A stretch of DNA of 64,000 bases, taken from Candidatus Latescibacterota bacterium. GTDB taxonomy: Bacteria > Latescibacterota > UBA2968 > GCA-2709665. A program made the translations under genes and the position numbers. This document shows, in pieces, positions 59,067 to 64,000 of this stretch. The stretch's first letter is position 1. Each line of letters starts with the position of its first letter. The notes below the pieces were generated by a model. That model ran no database searches. It was not told the DNA's origin and saw only the letters and a list, made by a program, of their open reading frames with translations. The DNA lies in the NCBI GenBank assembly GCA_965219995.1, contig CBDCOX010000002.1, positions 576,001 to 640,000 on the forward strand. Reading direction: 5' to 3'.

Positions 59067-62000
59067 GTGTCTACTGATCATCGCAGACGATTCAGGGCGT
59101 GTTATTCCACCTGCAGGTTGTTGTGCAGCGTCGCGTACCGCGGTGTCGTGCGACCCGGCAGATGGATGTTCGTTCCGATGGGCTGGTTGTTTCTTGCCAC
59201 GTCGGTATACGCACAGGCCGGCAGTGGCCCGACCAACCTGAGGGTTTCGCTGGTTGGGCAGAACAGGTTGGAACTGACGTGGGACGCGCCGGCAGTGGAT
59301 GTGGCGAGTGTGAGCCATTACAACATCCGGTACAATGAACAGACCGGAGATTTGCGGGCATGGGGAAACGGCACCTATGGCGCCCTGGGCACTGCGACCC
59401 GCGCGGAGGTGGTATTGGGCAACCGGTCGAGGGCACGGTATTATACGTATCGAATGCATGCCGTGCGCAATGGCGTGGAGAGCGAATGGTCGAACAGCGT
59501 TACGTATGATGCGGACGGGGATACGGTGGTGGAGCTGCCCGTGGCGCCCGGCAGGTTGACGGCCCTTCCGCGAGACGGTGAGGTCGGATTGTCGTGGGAC
59601 GATCCGTCTGACGCCACGATCGTCGTCTACCAGTTACGCTTCACCCCCGGCGGCGTGTCTGCCCCACCGGATTGGACGCACGTCGTGTGGAGCGATATAG
59701 CCGGCAGTGACGCGGTTACGACCGTTCACGCCGTTGCGGAGCTGACCGACGGAACCGAGTATACGTTCGAGGTGCGCGCCAGGAATGCCGCCGGCGTGGG
59801 CGATTCGAGCGTGGTGACGGCCACGCCGGGTCTGCCTTCGCCGCCCGTCAATCTGTCCGCAACTCCCGGCGACGCATCGGTGCGGTTGACGTGGGACAAT
59901 CCGGGCGACGTTACGATCACGGGATATCAGGTCAGGTACAGCGATGCGACGGGTCTCGTACAGGACTGGACGGATATCAGTCTGAGCGATCAATACACGA
60001 CGGGTCACGAGGTGACGGGCCTGACGAACTGGACGGAATATACGTTCGAGTTACGGGCGGTGAACGGTGCGGGTCCCGGTGGTTCGTCGCACGTGGTAGA
60101 GACGCCCGGTTTGCCTCCCGGCGCGCCGTCGGGCCTGACGTGGACGCCCGGCGACGCGTCGGTGAATCTGTCGTGGGACGATCCTGCTGACGACTCGATC
60201 GAGAAATATCAGCTCAAGTACGGCGATGCGACGGGGCTGATACAGGACTGGACGGATATCAGTTTGAGCGATCAATACACGACGGATCACGAGGTGACGG
60301 GTCTGACGAACGGGACGGAGTATACCGTCGAGGTTCGTGCGGTCAACGCGGCCGGCGACGGCCAATCGTCGAGCGTGACCGCGATGCCCGGCCCGCCGCT
60401 GGCGCCGGCCAACCTGACGTCGTCGGTAGGCGGATCGTGGGTGATGCTGACGTGGGACGATCCGATGAACCCGAGTATTACCGGCTATGAAGTACGCCAT
60501 GGTGACGGGCACGAGTGGGAGCAGGACTGGATGGAGATCGTCTTGAGCGATGCGAACACGACGGAACATACCGTCGGAGACCTGGAACTCGAGCGGGAAT
60601 ACGTCTTCCAGGTGCGCGCGGTAAACGCTGCCGGCGCGGGTGAGGCGTCCGAGGTGACGGGAAAGCCTCAGGTTCCGCCGTCGGCGCCGTCGGGCCTGAC
60701 CGCGATTTCCGGCGACGGTTTCGTGACGCTGTCGTGGGACGATCCGGCCTATCCCGGCCTGATCGGGTATCAGGTGCGTTACGTGGAAGGCACGATGCCG
60801 CTTCCGGAAACGTGGGAAGACATCGAGGGCAGTCACGCGAGTACGACGTCGCACACGGTCGGGAATCTGACGAACGGCAGGAGCTACAGGTTCGAGGTGC
60901 GCGGGGTTAACGAGGCGGGGCCCGGGGAATCGGCCGGCGTTACGGGCAGACCCGGTGGCCCGCAGGCGCCCGCAGGCCTTTCTGCATCGGCGGGCGAGGC
61001 GGCGGTGACGCTGTCGTGGGAAGATCCCGACGATGGGACGATCACCGTCTATGAGGTGCGATACGATGAGCGCGCTTCGGGGCTGCCGGGAGTATGGGAA
61101 GGCATCTCGCACAGCGACAGCAGTACGACCCGTCACGAGGTGACGGGCCTGACGAACGGCACGAGGTACACGTTCGAGGTGCGGGCGGTCAATGCCGTGG
61201 GTCCGGGGGCGTCGTCCGGCCTGACGGCTGCCCCCGGCGCGCCGGGGGCCCCGGAGGGCCTTGGCTGGTCGCAAGCCCACGGGTTGGTGACGCTGACGTG
61301 GGACGATCCTGACAACGCCGCGGTCGCCGGTTATCAGATCCGGTATCGGGAGGGCGCGACGGGTAATCCGAGCTGGACGGATATCAGAGGGAGCAACGCG
61401 AACACGACCCGCCACGAGGTGTCAGGGTTGACAAACGTCACGTCGTATACCTTCGAGCTGCGCGCGTTCAGCGATGCCGGTTTCGGTCCGACGGCCAGCG
61501 TGATGCCGATGACGCCGAAGACGCCTGCCGGCCTGCGGGCGACGGCGGGGGTGAACGAGGTGACGTTGACGTGGACGGATGCCGATGACGCGTCGATATC
61601 GGGATATGAGATCCGATACGGCGACGGCGTGACGTGGGACCCGGACTGGACGGAGATCGATCCGAGCAACGCGAACACGACCCGCCACGAGGTGACGGGG
61701 CTGACGAACGGGGAGGCATACGCGTTTGAGTTGCGCGCGCTCAACTCCGCCGGACCCGGCCCGGCGGCGAGTGCTGCGGCCACGCCGATGCCTGCGGCGC
61801 CTGCGAACCTGGCGGCGGAGGCGGGCGTCAATCAGGTGACACTGACGTGGAGCGACCCGGGAGACGCGGCCGTCACCGTGTACCAGCTCATCTACTATAG
61901 CGGCAGCCGCCCTTCGCAACCGGTTTGGAATGACCTTTCCGGAACGGTCAGCCACGCGGTCATGGGCCTGAAGAACGGGACGGAGTATACGTTCGAATTG

Positions 62001-64000
62001 CGCGCGAAAGCGACGGCCACCCCCGGCGATTCGTCGGTGGCGATGGCCGCGCCAAAACCTGCGGCGCCTGCGAATCTGGAAGCGGCGGCGGGCGTCAATC
62101 AGGTAACGCTGGCGTGGGACGACCCCGGCGACGCCGAAATCACGATGTATCAGATCCGGTATGCGGAAACGAATGCTTCGCTGCCGGCGTGGAGCGATGT
62201 ACCGGGCAGCCGCGCCGGCACGGCGGACTACACGGTGACGGGCCTGAAAAACGGGACGGAATATACGTTCGAGCTGCGCGCGAAAGCGACGGCCACCCCC
62301 GGTGACTCGTCGGTGGCGACGGGCACGCCCGTGCCTGACGCGCCAGCGAATCTGCAGGCGGCGGCGGGCGTCAATCAGGTGACGCTGGCATGGACCGACC
62401 CGGGGGACGCCGAGATCACCATCTACCAGCTCAAGTATGGTCACGGGACGACCGTCGATCTGGACTGGAGCGATATTGTAGGGACTGGCGCAACCACGAC
62501 GCAGACCACGGTGACGGGACTGACGAACGGGACGGTGTATACGTTCGAATTGCGGGCGAAAGCAACGGCCACCACCGGCGATTCGGCGGTGGCGATGGCC
62601 GCGCCGAAACCCGCGGCGCCTGCCAACCTGAATGCGACGGGCGGTGACGGGAAGGTCACGCTGACGTGGGACGATCCGCAGGATGCGGCGATCACGAAGT
62701 ATCAGATCCGGTATGCGGAAACGAACGCGTCGCTGCCGGCGTGGAGCGATATATCGGAAAGCGGCGCGGCCACAACGACCGAGCACGTGATGAACCTGAC
62801 GAACGATACGGAATATACCTTCGAATTGCGCGCGAAGGCGACGGACACCCCCGGCGAATCGTCCGTCGTGAATGGGACGCCGCGGTCGTGTCCGACGTTG
62901 ACAATTGCATCGATTGCAGACGTGGCGAAGGCCGTGGGATCGTCAATCTCGATCACGGCGACTGCTACGGGGGGATGCGGCACGAAGACATTCTCGAAGA
63001 AGCCGGACGGCAATACGCCGTCGTGGATCAGCGTCACCTCCGGCGGCAGCATCACGGGCACGGTACCGAGTTCGGCTGCCTGCAATACCCACAACGTAAC
63101 GGTAAGGGTCACCGACGAGAGAGGAACGACCGACGAGGAATCGTTCAGGATCACCGTGGGGGCCGCTTCGAGACTGGCCATCAGATCGATAGCAGACGTG
63201 ACGAAGGCGGTGAGATCGTCGATCTCGATCACGGCCACCACGTCGGGGGGATGCGGTACGAAGACGTTTTCGAAGAAGCCGGACGGCAATACGCCGTCGT
63301 GGATCAGCGTCACCTCCGGCGGCAGCATCACGGGCACGGTACCGAGCGCGGCTGCCTGCAATACGCACAGCGTAACGGTCCAGGTCACGGATGGAAGAGG
63401 AACGACCGACGAGGAGTCGTTCAAGATCACCGTTCCTGGTGAGGCGCTGACGATTTCGTGTCCGACGGACCAGACCGCGACGAAGGGCACGCCTATCTCC
63501 GCGGTTAGGCCGACCGTCGGCGGAGGATGCCCTGATTATGAGTATTCGATGACGGGAGCGCCGTCGGGAGTCTCGATCAACTCATCGAACGGGAACATTA
63601 GCGGGACGCCCACGGAGACAGGCACATTTAGTTTGACGGTGGCGGTAGAAGATGAGGAAGGTACGACGGATAGTTGTTCGTTTACGATGACCGTCAATGC
63701 ACCTTCGCTGACGATTTCGTGTCCGGCGGATCAGACGGCGACGAAGTGCACGGCCATCACCGAGGTCACGGCGACCGTCGGTGGAGGATGCCCTGACTAT
63801 ACGTTTTCGATGACGGGAGCGCCGGCTGGTATGGAAATCGACGAAGGCACGGGAGAGATCAGCGGCAAACCCACGGAAACGGGTACGTTCAACGCTAACG
63901 TGACCGTAACCGATGCCGAGGAAAACACGGCATCGTGTAATTTCGCGATCACGGTCTCGTGTCCGACGATCACGGTGGGAGGTTTGTCGGATGTGATAGG
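59067..64000 (+). CDS. Giant secreted fibronectin type III / putative-Ig repeat surface protein (runs off the window, about 1,640 aa or more)
   Basis: Absent from the ORF track because it has no stop in the window. The frame (codon starts divisible by 3) was open wherever checked. Signal-like WLFLATSVYAQA; 13 FN3 repeats (L[T/S/A]W..P..I..YQ.RY ... GL.NGTEYTFE.RA) to about 62885, then Cys-containing He_PIG-like Ig repeats (PSWISV, YSMTGAPSG.SI...G.ISGTPT). Start is GTG 59067 or ATG 59166. Confidence 0.88.
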   Translation, partial: MSTDHRRRFRACYSTCRLLCSVAYRGVVRPGRWMFVPMGWLFLATSVYAQAGSGPTNLRVSLVGQNRLELTWDAPAVDVASVSHYNIRYNEQTGDLRAWGNGTYGALGTATRAEVVLGNRSRARYYTYRMHAVRNGVESEWSNSVTYDADGDTVVELPVAPGRLTALPRDGEVGLSWDDPSDATIVVYQLRFTPGGVSAPPDWTHVVWSDIAGSDAVTTVHAVAELTDGTEYTFEVRARNAAGVGDSSVVTATPGLPSPPVNLSATPGDASVRLTWDNPGDVTITGYQVRYSDATGLVQDWTDISLSDQYTTGHEVTGLTNWTEYTFELRAVNGAGPGGSSHVVETPGLPPGAPSGLTWTPGDASVNLSWDDPADDSIEKYQLKYGDATGLIQDWTDISLSDQYTTDHEVTGLTNGTEYTVEVRAVNAAGDGQSSSVTAMPGPPLAPANLTSSVGGSWVMLTWDDPMNPSITGYEVRHGDGHEWEQDWMEIVLSDANTTEHTVGDLELEREYVFQVRAVNAAGAGEASEVTGKPQVPPSAPSGLTAISGDGFVTLSWDDPAYPGLIGYQVRYVEGTMPLPETWEDIEGSHASTTSHTVGNLTNGRSYRFEVRGVNEAGPGESAGVTGRPGGPQAPAGLSASAGEAAVTLSWEDPDDGTITVYEVRYDERASGLPGVWEGISHSDSSTTRHEVTGLTNGTRYTFEVRAVNAVGPGASSGLTAAPGAPGAPEGLGWSQAHGLVTLTWDDPDNAAVAGYQIRYREGATGNPSWTDIRGSNANTTRHEVSGLTNVTSYTFELRAFSDAGFGPTASVMPMTPKTPAGLRATAGVNEVTLTWTDADDASISGYEIRYGDGVTWDPDWTEIDPSNANTTRHEVTGLTNGEAYAFELRALNSAGPGPAASAAATPMPAAPANLAAEAGVNQVTLTWSDPGDAAVTVYQLIYYSGSRPSQPVWNDLSGTVSHAVMGLKNGTEYTFELRAKATATPGDSSVAMAAPKPAAPANLEAAAGVNQVTLAWDDPGDAEITMYQIRYAETNASLPAWSDVPGSRAGTADYTVTGLKNGTEYTFELRAKATATPGDSSVATGTPVPDAPANLQAAAGVNQVTLAWTDPGDAEITIYQLKYGHGTTVDLDWSDIVGTGATTTQTTVTGLTNGTVYTFELRAKATATTGDSAVAMAAPKPAAPANLNATGGDGKVTLTWDDPQDAAITKYQIRYAETNASLPAWSDISESGAATTTEHVMNLTNDTEYTFELRAKATDTPGESSVVNGTPRSCPTLTIASIADVAKAVGSSISITATATGGCGTKTFSKKPDGNTPSWISVTSGGSITGTVPSSAACNTHNVTVRVTDERGTTDEESFRITVGAASRLAIRSIADVTKAVRSSISITATTSGGCGTKTFSKKPDGNTPSWISVTSGGSITGTVPSAAACNTHSVTVQVTDGRGTTDEESFKITVPGEALTISCPTDQTATKGTPISAVRPTVGGGCPDYEYSMTGAPSGVSINSSNGNISGTPTETGTFSLTVAVEDEEGTTDSCSFTMTVNAPSLTISCPADQTATKCTAITEVTATVGGGCPDYTFSMTGAPAGMEIDEGTGEISGKPTETGTFNANVTVTDAEENTASCNFAITVSCPTITVGGLSDVI

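Noticed and set aside
60051-63490. Long minus-strand ORFs (454, 454 and 262 aa)
   Set aside because: Antisense shadows of the FN3/Ig ORF caused by high-GC codon bias; Arg-rich with no domains.

Overview
A GC-rich bacterial chromosomal window of about 50 CDSs. The content (three PhyH-family dioxygenases, Gfo/Idh/MocA oxidoreductases, a heparinase II/III-like protein, an NHL-repeat protein and a giant FN3/Ig-repeat surface protein) resembles marine host-associated FCB-group bacteria such as Latescibacterota or Gemmatimonadota; this taxonomy is inference only. Housekeeping genes are dapL, nadB, guaA, glnA, hrcA-grpE-dnaJ (no dnaK), a short divergent metG and an orphan mraY. Accessory modules are an exported TldD/TldE-like pair, a MazEF/PemK toxin-antitoxin, an NHL + SprA-like barrel + Omp85 operon, a MaoC/CitE/CoA-transferase trio and an SBP56/methanethiol-oxidase-like gene with a His-rich membrane partner. 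The strongest new observation is missed by the ORF track. Upstream of metG lies a complete candidate ribosome-mediated, methionine-sensing transcription attenuator: a sigma70 promoter, a 52-aa leader ORF with an internal Met-Tyr-Met-Met cluster, mutually exclusive 1:2/2:3/3:4 helices and a U8 terminator. Second is a 567-bp tandemly duplicated and dispersed mosaic element built from several different REP-like palindrome families, with further intergenic repeat families elsewhere. No rRNA, tRNA, CRISPR array or transposase was recognised. All product calls come from motif recognition by eye, not from database searches.
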